NCBI RefSeq assembly: GCF_009834535.1 | Contig: NC_045697.1 | Location: 116,128,001-116,192,000, forward strand | Direction of reading: 5' to 3' | Source: Camelus ferus | Taxonomy: Eukaryota | Length of the DNA: 64,000 nt | In this document: in pieces, positions 26,157 through 39,910 of the stretch | Position numbering within the stretch: position 1 is the stretch's first letter | Layout of the letters: every line of letters starts with the position of its first letter | Notes under the pieces: generated by a model | Told to the model about the DNA's origin: nothing | Database searches by the model: none | Seen by the model: the letters and a program-made list of their open reading frames with translations, nothing else | Translations under genes and position numbers: made by a program

Positions 26157-28585
26157 CTAGAAAGAAGAAAAAAGATGTAAGAAACATAAATTGGGATTTA
26201 AGTTAACACTTCAGAAATACAAAAATAAAAAACAAAATAATTACAAAAAACACACACTGAAGAAAGAGAAACTATCTCAAATCACTGTCCACACAGAATG
26301 ACAGGAAACCATCCAAATTCTGAAATCTCATGAATATTTTTCTGGAAAATTCCAGTATAATGTTTTTGAATTCACAATCTAAGTCATGCAGAATCATTAC
26401 GAATGTGTTTTGTGTTAGGCTGTTTCAGATCATTCCCAGGTAGATGAAGATTTAGGTTTAGTCTAACAGGGGTGGGAAATGAATCAACGGCAAACTAGAA
26501 AAATATCCAAAGAAAGTATAAAATGCATACGATTCTCTTCTACGACTTAACATGTTTATGTTAAACATTTCTTTCACCTAAAAATGTACCTATTTTTCTA
26601 AATTTTCAAATCAACTTATTCTAAATAAGTTTAAGGAAAAGGTATCCAAAGGCAGGGCATTTAGCTGCAAAGTGATGTAAGTGGACCTGCATTCTAAAAG
26701 CCCCTTTCCTCCTGAAAACTGCACTCGTGACCTGAGGCCCGGCACCGCCGCCCTGTCTGGGCAGGCCCCCACCCGCTGGGCAGGCTGACTCCCTCTGACG
26801 CGCTGTGTGCCAGCCAGAGCCATGGCGAGTCCTTAGCCGTCCTGGCTTGTTCTGCTAATGCCCGCCCCACCCCTGCCCATTCACTGCTCCAAAAACCCTC
26901 CCTTCCCTCCAGCCAACACTTTAGGAAGCATTTTCCATAACCTATCTTTGAGAAAAATATGAGGGAACACCTCTTCCGGGGAACTATTTTATTGAGGATG
27001 TTCCCCCAAGTCAGTTAGGCATCTGAGTGACTCCTATGGAAATTCCTGCTTCTCATAACTCTCTTTGTGCGTGGTGGTGCACAATGGTTCACATATTAGA
27101 ACCCAACTTTGGTTACAAAAAAAAAAAAGAAAAGAAAAGAAAAAAATCAGTAAAATGAAGAAAACAGGAAAAGTCAACATTCTCACTGTATCAATTTGGA
27201 ACCTCCAGCAGACCCACCCGACAATGGTCTAAACTGTACTCGTTTGCAAAGTCATTAGGTTCAACCAGGCCCTCACTTAAGTCATTTCCTGCTCCATAAT
27301 GCTATTTCTATGAAAATCAAAAGAACCATACTTAGCATATCTGAAAAATCCTTTAAAAAATATTTATATATACATTCATGCATACATATTTTCAAAGGAT
27401 ACATATTAAAGGGCTTTTTTAAAGTGGAAAAAAATTTGCCAAGAAAATATAATAATCCTATCTTCTTTGTCATGGTACTTCACATGCAATTAAAATGACC
27501 TAGGTTTTTAAATATTCTCTTGGTTTACAATTAAATACCATTAAAATACAGAAAATCTTCCACACACACAGAATTTGGCTTCCAGTTCTGGATACTGCCT
27601 AATTGTAATTTAATTTTTTACAATGAAGCTTATAATTTACTGAAACACTATAAACTAAGAAATAATCTCAGTGTGTTAGTAAAATATATAGCAGGTTTCA
27701 TGTCATCATTGCCCATTTAATCCTGTTATAGGACTAGGTAAAAAATATATAGTGTATGTTTAAGATTTATTGCTAAATAATATAGCATTAAAATCTAAAG
27801 AAAATCATATGACTTTAAGTTTTTCCTATTTTACTAAATTACAGAGCCAAACAAGTTTTATAAACATAATAATCAAATGACTTCCTTTTTTTTTAATTTC
27901 ATGTAGTAAAAACAAGTGTTTGGAGTGCATACAATGTTCATATAACACTTAATAAAAAGTACAAAGCTGCTAGAATTGAGTTGCTTACAAATTTAGCAAC
28001 AAAAGTACTAACATCCATCCACATGAATAAACTATATGTATTTATTTATTTTATGTCTAATTTCTACACCAGTGACTCCCTACTTCAGAATTAAGGCTAT
28101 AAATCTTACCAATTAGCCATTGGTTCAACTTTACAGCTAAGAAGATAGTCACATACTTAGTTGCACTAACACTATTCCTTTAAGGATGAAAAGTTTGCAT
28201 CCCCTGAGACGTGCCACGAAAATATATCTGAGTCTTGTGTGTCATGAGCTGCACTGGCACCTGGTGAAACTCTCTTTGAAGCCACGAAAGACTCAAGTTC
28301 TCTGACCATCACACAGATGTGAAGCACAGGAGAAATAACAGACTCTCGTCAGACTGAGTCTTTGAACACACTGAGGGGAAAAGGCCAATGCCCACAGAAC
28401 ACACTCTAGCAAGAGAGAATAAATTATTTCATCTATCCAAAAAAGCTAGTTTCAAACATAACCAAGAATCCAGAAGGAAAGAGAGGCCTCAAAATAGCCA
28501 AAGCGCAGGTGAATGCATATGCTGGACCTGGTGACAAGGCCTCACAGGTCCAGCCCACAGATGACTTACTCTTAGCTTATAAACA

Positions 28586-28697
28586 GGGAGGTGCGGTGGG
28601 ATAGCTCAGAGGTTAGAGCACATGCTTAGCATGCACGAGGTCATGGGTTCAATCCCCAATACCTCCACTTAAAAAACAACAACAACAACAACAAAAC
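28586..28697 (+). mobile_element. Camelid tRNA-derived SINE with (CAA)n tail
   Basis: atagctcagaggttagagcacatgcttagcatgcacgaggtcatgggttcaatcccc, then aacaacaac repeats. Confidence 0.9.
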
Positions 28698-29794
28698 CTT
28701 ACAAACTAGGAGTTTATAAGGTAGGGATGGACGGAGAGTAATGGGAAATGTCAGCTAGAAATTCATCAAGTCCACAAAATATTTCTACTAACTGAGTCTT
28801 TGAAACGATAAATATATAAGCAGAAGTAAGTAAGCATCATTATTTTTATCAAGTTTTAAAAAAAACCCTTGACCAAGTTCTATATAAATAAACTGTTTTA
28901 AGAATAGAGTCCTGGAAAATAAGTATAGAGATAAAAAAGGAAACCAGACAGAGACATGCAGGAGATAAGATGCCCCGCAGATGATATTACGATCAATTCT
29001 TTTAACTATTTTAGATAATTTAGTAGCAAAACACAGAGAGGTATCTTCAGGTTTGCAAATGACAGAGATGTTTGGACAGTAAAGCACAAAACAAAGCCAG
29101 TAAGAATACAGTACAAGACATTTCATAAAGTTTTATGCACGTTCAAAAGAGCAGCAGAGGACCCAGTCTGCACAAGGAAGTACCCTATGTGAAAAGGGAT
29201 CAAACGCACAGTGTGTAATATGATGGTGAACAACACAGGGTTCTCGTATTTTAGTTTAAAGTCAAATGAAAACCATAAGTCTTTATCAGCACAGCAAACA
29301 ACAAATAACAAAGACACACCTCAAAACGATGGACACACTAGGAAGAAATGAGGAATGAAAACTACTATACACACCCTTACAGCAAACCACGTGAGTCTGT
29401 CATAAAGCACTGCCCTAGAAAAGTTTCTAGGGGGGAAAATACAGCACTCAAAAGTTTCCAACAAAAAATTTAAGGGAATCCAAAGGGTTTTCTGTAAGGC
29501 CAGAGCAGAAATAAAAAGAACACTTCAATCTTATTAATAGCAGCTGGATGTTGATAACGTTTAAATTCCTAAAGTCAGGATTTAAGAAAATTTCAAAATT
29601 ATACAGATTAAATAAGAACTTGGGTAACTTAAAAAGTACACCTACAATCCTTGAGGGTTTTAAGAAAAGTCAGAAATAGAGACTGTTCCAAAGCCTTCTG
29701 ACTCAATTCTCCTCCAAATGTTCCTTGATGCCACTGTCAGAAATGGACAATTAGTCCTATCAAGGCATTCTTTTTTGTAACTAAGTCTTATAAG

Positions 29795-31395
29795 GGACAT
29801 CCCAAAGTGATCTATAGATTCAATGTCGTCCCTATCAAAATCCCCCTCAAAATATTTTTTGCAGAAATGGAGAAACCAATCTTCACCTTCATACAGAATT
29901 GCAAGGGACCCTAAGTAGCCAAAAGCAACACAGTTGGAGGACTCACACTTTTGATTTCAAAACTTACTACAAAGCTGCGGTCATCAAATCAGTGTGGTAC
30001 TGGCTTAACGACAGACACTTACAGACCAATGAAATAAAACCGAAAGCCCAGAAATAAACCCATATACCTATGGCTAACTGAATTTTGACAAAGGTGTTAA
30101 GCTCATTCAGTGGGGGAAGAACACATACACTTTAACACATACACTGAGACAACTGTATCTCCAAATGAGAAAGAATGAAGTTAGACCCCTACTTCTCAGC
30201 ACATAGAAAATGTAACTGGAAATGGATCACTGACTTAATAAAAAAGCCATAAACATTTAAAACTCTTAGGAAAAAAACAAATAAACAAAATTTTAAAACC
30301 CAGATATAAATCTTCAGTACCTTGGATTTGACAATGGACTCTTAGCTAGGACACCGGAAGTGTAAACAGCAAAAGGAAAAACAAACTGAATGCCATCAAA
30401 ATTAAAACCTTTGGTGCATCAAAGGACATTATTGAGAAACTGAAAAGACAGACCACAGAAGAGGAGAAAATCTTTGCAAAGCACATGTCTGAGAAGGGTT
30501 TAACATCCAGGATGCATAAAGAACGCCCACAAGTCAACAACAAAGAGACAATCCAATTAAAAAATAGGCAGAGGACTGTAACTTCTTCCTCCAAAGAAGA
30601 TACACAAATGGCTAATAAGCACATGAAAAGCCACTCAGCATCCTTAGTTACAGAGAAGAGTTAAGTCAAAACCACAAGATACCACTTCACACCTGAGCCT
30701 AGATGTGAATGAGCTACGGGGGGTGGGGGTGGGGGGGTGCAAATAAAAAAAAGTAGCAAGTGTTTTAGAGGGTCTAGAGAACTTGGAATCCTCATATTTT
30801 GCTGTCGGGAACATACAAGGGTGCGGTCACTGTGGAAAACAGTTTGGCACTTCCTCAAGAAGTTAAATACAGAATATATGACCCAGCAATTGCACCCCTG
30901 GATAAATACCCCAAAGTACTGAAAACATGGACCCAACCAAATGGGTATTTGCACACCATGTTCACTGAGTCATTATCTGCAATAGCCAAAGGGTGGAAAC
31001 AACAGCGTCCATCAACAGATGGAGAAGCAAAATGTGAGATATACGTACAATGGAATACGATTCAGCTACAAAAAGGACTGAATTTCTGATATGCGCTATA
31101 ACGTGGCTAAGCCTTGAGTGCGTTATGCAAAATGCAGCAGCCAGGTACAAAGTGAGAAATACTGTAAGAGGCCACTTAAACGAAACATCTGGAACAGGGA
31201 AATTTACAGAAAGGAGACCTGGGGTTACCAGGGGTTAGAGGAATGCCTAACGGTTACAAAGTTTGTTTGGGGCCATGGAACTTAAGTTTTGGAAATAGGT
31301 AGTGGTGATGGCTGTACAAGTGTGGTTGTAATTAACGCCACTACACTTTAAATGGTTAAAAAGTCATATTTTATGTTGTATAATAAATTAAAATA
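29795..31395 (+). mobile_element. Old L1 (L1MB-like), ORF2 3' part plus 3' UTR
   Basis: atctatagattcaatgtcgtccctatcaaaatc; decayed ORF2 peptide SLWKTVWHFLKKLN; 3' UTR ending acactttaaatggttaaaa. Confidence 0.9.
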
Positions 31396-32279
31396 TATAT
31401 ATTTATGTTATTTATACACACACACACACCCCTCCTACAGACACACATATGCATCTCCACAATTTTTCTTAAAGGTACTATAAACGACTTTTCAAGAGAA
31501 TTTTTGTTAGTTTCAGTGGCTCTGAGTTTTTTGGCAAAATTCAAGACTCGAATCAGAAAAGCAGTAACTCTACTTTGACCAAACAACAACCAGCCTTAGG
31601 GACAAAGAAGAGTTGAGTTTGATGACTGAACTGTACCACTGGTTAACCTGGAACCAATCTCTTTCTACAGTAATTTAGCAATGAAGTGATAGTGCCTGCG
31701 GGTCAAAGAACTAGAAGACAGGCAGGAGTGGTCAACAAACGCTGAAGAAATATTGTAAACCAGTTTTGAAGAGTCAGTTATACCGACATTTTCCTTTCAC
31801 CCGGCATTATCCCATTTTTAGTTTATCCCTGGCTGTAAGATAGAGGGTCTCCCACTGTGTCTCCACATATTCATGGGGAGGGAGAGACAGACAGAGACAG
31901 ACACACACACGCGCAACTCTGCTCCCCACTCCTCTTCCAGATAACTTGCCGGACGCACACGACAGAACCAGGGTAAGCTGTGCGATCAACCCAGAGCTCA
32001 TAAGGAACTCATGAAATAGAAAATGCTTTCAAATCGCTTGTATTCTACAGAAGGTGAGTGCACAGAGGCCGTGATAACAGGCAGGATCGTGAGCCCTGTG
32101 ACGTTCATAAACAGAAGGTCACATTTGCTCTCTAAATGCAACTCAGAAACAAAATGGACTTCTTGAACATCAGCATTGAGGAAAAAAACAGGAAATCGTA
32201 CAGTACAGGGTCTCTCGGCCTTCCTTCCTTCAGTCTCACACCTGAAATTCTGCCACAGTCCAATGCGCTCCACCAAAGG

Positions 32280-32690
32280 TCCTCAGCCATCTCTAGCGGG
32301 TGACCGTAGCACGTCTGACGCACGCCGTCCGACTGCCCCGGAGAACTGTCCCTCCGGTTCAGTCTGAGTCTCCGAAGGGAACAAGCCGAGCCGCCCTCCC
32401 TGATGGGGCGGGCGGGATGCCCACGACCACAGGTGGACGCCACAACGCGGGGCCGGCCCTGGGGCGCAGCACTGACCCCGCCCCTTCTCTCGCCTCCCTC
32501 AGCAGCCGTCTCCACACTCGGCCACACACGCGCTCCGGTCCCCGGTGAGCTCGACGCGCAAGGACGGACCTCCGGACCCGCTCGGGGACGTCCCCACGGA
32601 GCATCCCACACCCCCGCGGGGCGCGAGCCGGCGACGGGCGGCCCCGGGCTGCGCTGACAGGTGGGTTCTCACTCACTGGCCCGCGGAGTG
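32280..32690. other. Intronic GC/CpG-rich patch (CpG-island-like)
   Basis: About 400 bp of dense CpG within AT-rich intron; no recognisable coding content. Confidence 0.7.
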
Positions 32691-34643
32691 AAAAAGACAC
32701 CATCAGCTTTTGTCATTCACAAGGCAATTCCAATTCAGCAGAATTACAAATGGACATCAGAAGCTCGAGGGCTACCCTGGAACTGGCGCAGATTTGAATG
32801 TCAAATCTATAAAAACCGAGCCTCTGCAGGCAGCTGCTGTCAGAACGTCAACTACTAGAACATCTGCTTCTTTGAAACGGCACTCACGACACTACATACC
32901 AAGATAAACAAAGATATTTTTAAAATTTAAACTCCTTCATTTTTAAAGGGACATAGATGATTTTTTAACTTTTGGATTTAAATGTTTTAAAAAGTAACTC
33001 CGTCTTCTGATACTTTTGGTCATTCTAGGTACACACACATTTGTGTCTAAGACACAAATATTAACACATATATAACAACTATCTTTCAAAACAAAGATAC
33101 AGCTAACAATTATCAATGAGACTTGGTCTGAATATTTAAAAACCTGTTAGCCCTTTCTATACTTGACGCCAGCCTTTCACAAAAGGCCATAAAGTTAGAA
33201 AGAGATAGGGAGAAATGGAGAATATGGTATTTGTTTTTTAAAAATGCTGATAAGTCTTCTGACACTACACAGTGTGAACATTTAATTGCTATAGTCCATT
33301 TAAATCCTTCTAAATTGTTCTGAAAAGGCACAGTGGATAGCTTGGCTTCCAACTATTAACGCCATGTAATTTCAGAATGTCCTTATAATCTCTCATGAAA
33401 CAAACAAAGGTGACAACTAAAAGTGATGCAGGCTCACTTTGGGTCAATCTATTTAAAAACAAAAAAGAGCTAACCTCACAGCCAATGGTAGATGAAAAGG
33501 CCACCTGCAGCTAACAAGCAGATTTATTCCTAAATAAATTTATTCCCTCGGGAAAACTAATGTAGGAATGGCTGCTCCGAAAACTAGCAATCCTGACTTT
33601 CATTCCCGTCAAAGTAGGTTTTTGTACAGAACAAGTCAGAAATTGAGAATTACAAAATTGTTCCTAAAACTGAAATAAAGTTCCCTATTTTTAGTGGCGC
33701 AAAACAGAATGGCTTGACAGTACCAAAAACATGCACACAAAAAATTACTAACGGTAGTCTTCTACATTAATGTAAAATAGAGAAAGACTTTAGTAGCCTG
33801 ATAAACTTTCTTTCAAGTTCAAGGCTCACCACAAGCAAGAACCAACATCTGCAAACGTGAAGTCTTACCTAGTTTCCACAAGCGCCCACAGGCTGTGACT
33901 CACCGGGCAGGGCGCTGCAGGCGCTCCCTGAGATGAGCCCCCCCTGCCCTGCGTGTCTGTGGCCACATTTTCCCACCCAAGCTGAGTCAAGAGCACTTCC
34001 TACCGGTGTGAGTTTCCAGGAAAGGCCGTCGCCGAGCACAGAGGCCTCCTCTCCCAGTGTCCCTAACCTTGCCCTTTGTCCGGGCCTCCACATTCTTGGT
34101 GGACGTCAGAACTGCCCAGTGGAATGCAATGCCTCAGTGTTGGAATGTAAACTTTTTCATGTCAGCCTTTACCCAGCAGTCAGACTGATTATACTGGCGG
34201 GCGATCCCAGCTTACAAAATGATTAACATTTTAATACCCCAAGACACCAGTGTTTCATATCTTTATTTGGAGGAAATGATCAGCAGTTACTGAAAGGTGC
34301 TCTCCTCCCTAAAAAAAATCTAAGTAAATGACTGGGCTGATGCTCCTAAGCCAAGACCAGTGGATTTGTTTAGGACTTATAAAAAATATCCACCCGACAC
34401 TGTCTCTAGACAGCAGAACAGAGGTTAACACAAAGGAAAAACACTTGGAACAAGTCACTGCTGTTGTCCTCAATCCCATGGTCAAAAATCAGTAGAATAC
34501 ATAGGAATAAATTTTAAGGGAAGAGGAAAGTGGTTTGAAAGACACCATAAAAATGCATTTCATTTTTTTTTTTTTTTTTACTATTTTGTCCTCACTCATT
34601 AGTTTAACAAACAAAAAGGAACAGCTACTTAAAAACATAAGTG

Positions 34644-34800
34644 GTGGGAGGGAGGGTGTAGCTCAGTGGTAGAGAGTGTGCTCAGCATGCATGAGATCCT
34701 GGGTTCAATCCCCAGTACCTCCACTAAAAATAATAAATAAATAACCCTAATTACCTCCCCCTCAAAAATAAAAATGAACAACTAATTAAATAATTATTAA
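34644..34800 (+). mobile_element. Camelid tRNA-derived SINE (vic-1-like)
   Basis: gggagggtgtagctcagtggtagagagtgtgctcagcatgcatgagatcctgggttcaatccccagtacctcc, followed by the tail. Confidence 0.92.
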
Positions 34801-35212
34801 AAATCCATATACACATCAAGTAGTCATATAAGCTGTGTGTGTGTGTGAATTACAAGCCATCCCTGAGCACAGCCTGGAGTAGACTCAGTTCGAAGTAACC
34901 ATGTGGGACAACTAACCACGTGGCCTGTTTCACCAGCATCACCCTGCACAGATGAACTGAGTCTGCTCCTCCAAACAGCAAGTCTCAGCACTTAACCTCT
35001 GCTCCCAAACACAGAGTGCAGGCAAGAAATGACAGGCGAACATCTCTGAGCTGTGTCCCCCTACTTCATTCCTCAGTAGCCTGCTATCTGTTTGACTACA
35101 GAGAAGCCCTAAACGTTGGATATTTCTGCCCTTAACATTTCAATTCCTTTAAAAAAGAATCTAACCTGCACTGTCCTCAGTCTCTCTGCAGCACCAGGTC
35201 CAGCCTTGGCCC

Positions 35213-35318
35213 TGCCCTCTCCCCAGGAACCCCCCTCCCCAGGACCCCCTCTTCCCTAGGACCGCCCCCTCCTCAGGAACCCCCCCTCCCCAGGGGTGCC
35301 CCCTCCCCAGGACCCTAC
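35213..35318. repeat. Degenerate C-rich minisatellite (about 6 units of roughly 17 bp)
   Basis: Repeated variants of ccccctccccagga(a)c. Confidence 0.75.
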
Positions 35319-36769
35319 TCCTGGTGTGGAGGCCAAATTCCTCCCGCCTCCTGATTTCCTGCTTCGAAGGCCCTTCGTGTGGCCACATTTCCGCATACCA
35401 GCCCGGTGACCTCAGCAGCGGCTTGACAGCAGCCCTTGATCGATCCCTGGGAACTCATCACCCACTCTCCCTCCTAAGTCAAGGGCAGGAGGGAAATCGG
35501 CAGTGTCGGCTCCCCTCCCAGTCTCCGAGGTCAAATGCTCAGATGTGCCCAGCCACGCAGTTTCGTTAGTAAAACATGCCTGAGCTGAGCCCCACACGGC
35601 TCTCCAGCACAGGGATGCCCAACTGTATACCTGGCTTGAAGGATGATTGTGGGAAAGACTAGCATAGATTTAAATCGAAACAAAGTGGGAAAAGTTGAAA
35701 GAGGCGACTTTGGCTCTTATTTTCCCGCCAAGAGAAACAAGGCGCTCTTACCTCGGCTATGTGGGGTGAAGAGGGCAAGCAGGTTTTCTCTCTTGCCACA
35801 CACAACCTAACCAGCGAAGAACAGCCGTGTGATGATGACTACACTTTGGTGGTGTCTGTCCTCGTGACCAACGGCTGAGAACAGCTCAGCTGAATTGATC
35901 TGCCACTAGCAGTCCACTCGGTGGCACAAACGGGTCTCTGCTGAGCACAGGGCTTTGGGCACAGAGGGCAGCTGACCGGCCGGTCTAAAAGTCATGGTCC
36001 ATAGCAGCTCTCCCCTTCAGCATTTAGACACATGCCTTCTCCACGACACCTTGCTTAAATGTTCCTCATTTCACTGGGCAAAGCCCACCATGCATGAGTT
36101 GAAGAGACAAGGAAAGCCTGGCTCTAATGTCTGATTTTTTTAATGACCTGATTTTTATAAAGTTCATTAGAGGTAAAATAAACCATCACGTTAAACAATC
36201 GAACAGATCCACATAACTTGTTAATGAGAAAAATTGTACATAGTTTCAAATGAATGGGTCGGATTGGCCTTTAACCAGCAAAACCTGAACCGATCTCAAG
36301 AAATACTGAAACATCTCAAATAATGGCAACCAAGTATGTGATATTCCTTAAAGGCTTATACAAATGGCACCGAAACCCCACCACGAGCCTCCCCCAAATC
36401 CGGCATACACCACAGAAGCCAAAATAGCACGCACATGTTTGGAAGACAGGACCTAAACAGTAATTCAGGCTACTTATATAATACCGCATCCATAAAATTC
36501 TTGAACTTAAAAGAGCGTATTTCCAAGAAAGGAAAAGTATAAACGCACATAGATATGTAATCTCTTACAACGATATCAAGCAATAACATGTCACTTTATT
36601 TAATTCATCTGAATGAAATGTGGACATTTCTCACAAGCCATATTTGTTTCCTCTTGTTTTATAAATAACTGGTTCCTTCCAAGTTTACCAACAAGTTTCC
36701 CTGGCAATACTGTCAAACCTGTTTCAGCTCTGCCCTTACAGACTGAGGTAGCTCAAAACCCACTATGTA

Positions 36770-37215
36770 TCATCAAAAAATACTATACTTAGGAATATAT
36801 TTCGTGAAGGCTGTGCATGACCTGTAAACTAAAATCTACAAAGGGGGACTTAAGCCTACAAAGGCTGATAATAATGGACCTAAACGAATTATGAAATATA
36901 CCACATTCACAGTTTGCAAGGCTCCATATTGTTAAGACAGTAAACCTTCCCAAATTGATCTATACACTCACTGCAAACCCAATCAAACCTAACAAGATTT
37001 GACACTGATAAGCTGATTTGAAAATTTATATGGAAAGGCAAGGGCATAGAAGAGCTAAAATGATCTGGATAAAGAACAAAATTTATACTGCATGATTTCA
37101 AAAGTTACTGGAACGCTACACAAATGAAGACAATGTGGTATTGGTGTAAGAATTGATATGTAGATCAACAAAACAAAGGCTGGAGTCCAGAAATAGATCT
37201 GAAAAAATACAGTCT
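36770..37215 (+). mobile_element. Ancient L1 ORF2 fragment, left half of an interrupted element
   Basis: tacttaggaatatattt...ctgataagctgatttgaaaatttatatggaaaggcaaggg...gagtccagaaatagat. Confidence 0.8.
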
Positions 37216-37217
37216 AT

Positions 37218-39010
37218 TCTTTTTTTTTTTTTCACGGAAGTATAGTTGACTCACAATGTTGTGTTAGTTTCCAGTGTACAGCATAGTGATTCAGTTATAC
37301 ATACATATATATATATATATTCTTCTTTATATTCTTTTTCATTATAGGTTATTACAAGATATTGAATATTGCTCCCTATGCTGTACAGTAGGTCCTCGTT
37401 TTTCTGCTTTATATATAGTAGTTAGTATCTGCTAATCCCAAATTCCTAATTTATCCACCCCCCTATCCTTTCCCCTTTGGTAACCATAAGTGTGTTTTCT
37501 GTCTGTGAGTCTGTTTCTGTTTTGTAGATAGGTTCATTTGTGTCCTTTTTTTTGCTTCCACATGATATCATATGGTGCTTGTCTTTCTCTTTCTGGCTTA
37601 CTTCTCTTAGAATGACGATCTCCAGGTCCATCCATGTTGCTGCATATGGCATTATCTCATTCACTTTTATGGCTGAGTAGTATTCCATTGTAGAAATATA
37701 CCATGACTTTTTTAACCAGTCATCTGACAATGGACATTTAGGTTGCTTCCATGTCTTAGCTATTGTATTTATTGTTCATGGACTTTTGAATGATGGCCAT
37801 TCTGACTGGTGTGAGGTGATACCTCATTGTAGTTTTGATTTGCATTTCTCTGATAATTAGCAATAGTAAGCATCTTTTCATTTGCCTATTGGCCACCATA
37901 TGTCTTCAGTGGAGAATTGCTTGTTTAGGTCTTCTGCCCATTTTTGGATTGGGTTTTTTGTTGTTGTTGTTGTTGTTATTAAGTTGTATGAACTGTTTGT
38001 GTATTGTAGAAATTAAGCCCTTGTTAGTTGCATCATTTGTAAATATTTTCTCCCATTCTGTAGGTTATCTTTTTGTTTGTTTATGGTTTCCTTTGCTATG
38101 CAAATGCTTTTAAGTTCAATTTGGTCCCATTTGTTTATTTTTGCTCTTATTTCTATTGCCTGGGTAGACTGCCCTAGGAGAACATTGCTAAGGTTAATGT
38201 CAGAGAATGTTTTGCCTATGTTTTCTTCTAAGAGGTTTACTGTGCCTTGTCTTATGTTTAAGTCTCTAAGCCATTTTGAGTTTATTTCTGTGTATGGTGT
38301 GAGGGAGTGTTCTAGCTTCACTGATTTACATGCAGCTGTCCGGTCTTCCCAACACCACTTGCTGAAGAGATTGTCTTTTCTCCACTGCATATTCTTGCCT
38401 CTTTTGTTGAAGATTAATTGACCATAAGTCTGTAGGTTTATTTCTGGGCTCTATTCTGCTCCATTGATCCGTAAGTCTGTTTTTGTACCAATACCACGCT
38501 GTGTTGATTACTGCAGCTCTGTGGTATTGTCTGAAGTCTGGGAGGGTTATTCCTCCAGCTTCATTCTTTTTCTTCAATATTGCTTTAGTAGTTCTGGGTC
38601 TTCTGTGATTCCATAAAATTTTAGGATTATTTGTCTTAATTCTGTAAAAAATGTCCTGGGTAATTTGGTAGAGATCACATTAAATCTGTAGATTGCTTTG
38701 GGTAGTATGGCCATTTTAACAATATTAATTCTTCCAACATGGGATATCCTTCCATTTCTTTAAATCATCTTTAATTACCTTTAACAGTGGTTTACAGTTC
38801 TCAGTGTTTAAGTCTTTCACCACCTTGGTCAGGTTTATTCTTAAGGTTTTTGTTTTTTGTTTTTTGGTGTGATTTTAAAAGGGATTTTTTAAATTCACCT
38901 TTTCTGCTGTTTCATTGTTAATGTGAAGAAATCCAACACATTTCTGTGTGTTAATCTTGTATCCTGCTGCCTTGCTGAATCTGTTTATCAGCTCTAGTAG
39001 TTTTTGTGCG
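37218..39010 (-). mobile_element. Younger lineage L1, 5'-truncated, nested in the ancient L1
   Basis: Poly-T start; ORF2 peptides [38 protein letters not shown]...ATWMDLE. Confidence 0.95.
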
Positions 39011-39014
39011 GTGG

Positions 39015-39910
39015 GCTATTGACTTTTCACAAATATGCCAAGGCAATTTAGTGGGTAAAAAATATTCTTCTCAATAAATGGTTCTGGAACCACCAAGTAC
39101 CTGTATGGAAAAACATAAGCCAAACCTGAACCCTTACCTTACACCATACACAAAAATCAAATCAAAATGGATCTCAGGCCCAAATGGAAAAGCTAAAACT
39201 ATTAAATTTCTAGAAGAAAAACATGAGGAAACCTTTATACCATCAAGTTAAGAAAAAACTTCTTAAATAGGACACCAAAAGTACAAATTATAAAAGAAAA
39301 CAGACATAACAGACTTCACTGAAGTGGAAAAGTTTTGCTTTGAAAAGACAATTTGGAAGAAAAAGACAAGCCACAGACTGGACAAAAATTTTCACAAAAT
39401 ATATCCAAAGAAGGAATTGTACTCGGAACACAACTCACAAATAAAACAGTCAATTCAATTTTTCTAATGGTCAAAATCCAATTTAAAATTTTTTTTTGTT
39501 TTAAATGGGTGAACTAACACTTCACCAAAGATACATGAACGACCAATTAACACATGAAAAACTTCTCAACGACACTAGTCTTCAGAGAAACACATAATAA
39601 AAGCACCGTGAGATCACCACCACATATCTGCCAGAATGGCTAACATTAGAAAGATGGACAATACTAAGTACTGGAGAAGATGTGGAGCAACCAGAATGCC
39701 TGAAATTTTCTGCTAGTGGGAGTACAAAATGCCACAGCCACTGCGGAAAACAGTGCAACAGTTTCTTATAAAGTTAAACATACACTAACCACATAACCCA
39801 GCAGTTCCACTCCCATGCATTTATTCAAGAAGTCATGAAAACAGATGTCCACAGAAACAAACGTTCATGAACGCTGACATAAGCCCCCAAACTGGAAGCA
39901 ACCCAAACCA
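39015..39910 (+). mobile_element. Ancient L1 ORF2 fragment, right half of the interrupted element
   Basis: Resumes at ttgacttttcacaaatatgccaaggcaatttagtggg, which continues the 36770-37215 fragment in L1 order. Confidence 0.85.

Noticed and set aside
33860..35760. Strong minus-strand donors (TAG|gtaaga near 33869, GAG|gtaaga near 35752) as cryptic exons or recursive sites
   Set aside because: No convincing paired acceptor with a RAPGEF2-like reading frame, and no pyrimidine tract directly before AG|GT.
37446..38577. L1 ORF2-like ORFs as an active retroelement
   Set aside because: 5'-truncated, frameshifted and internally deleted.
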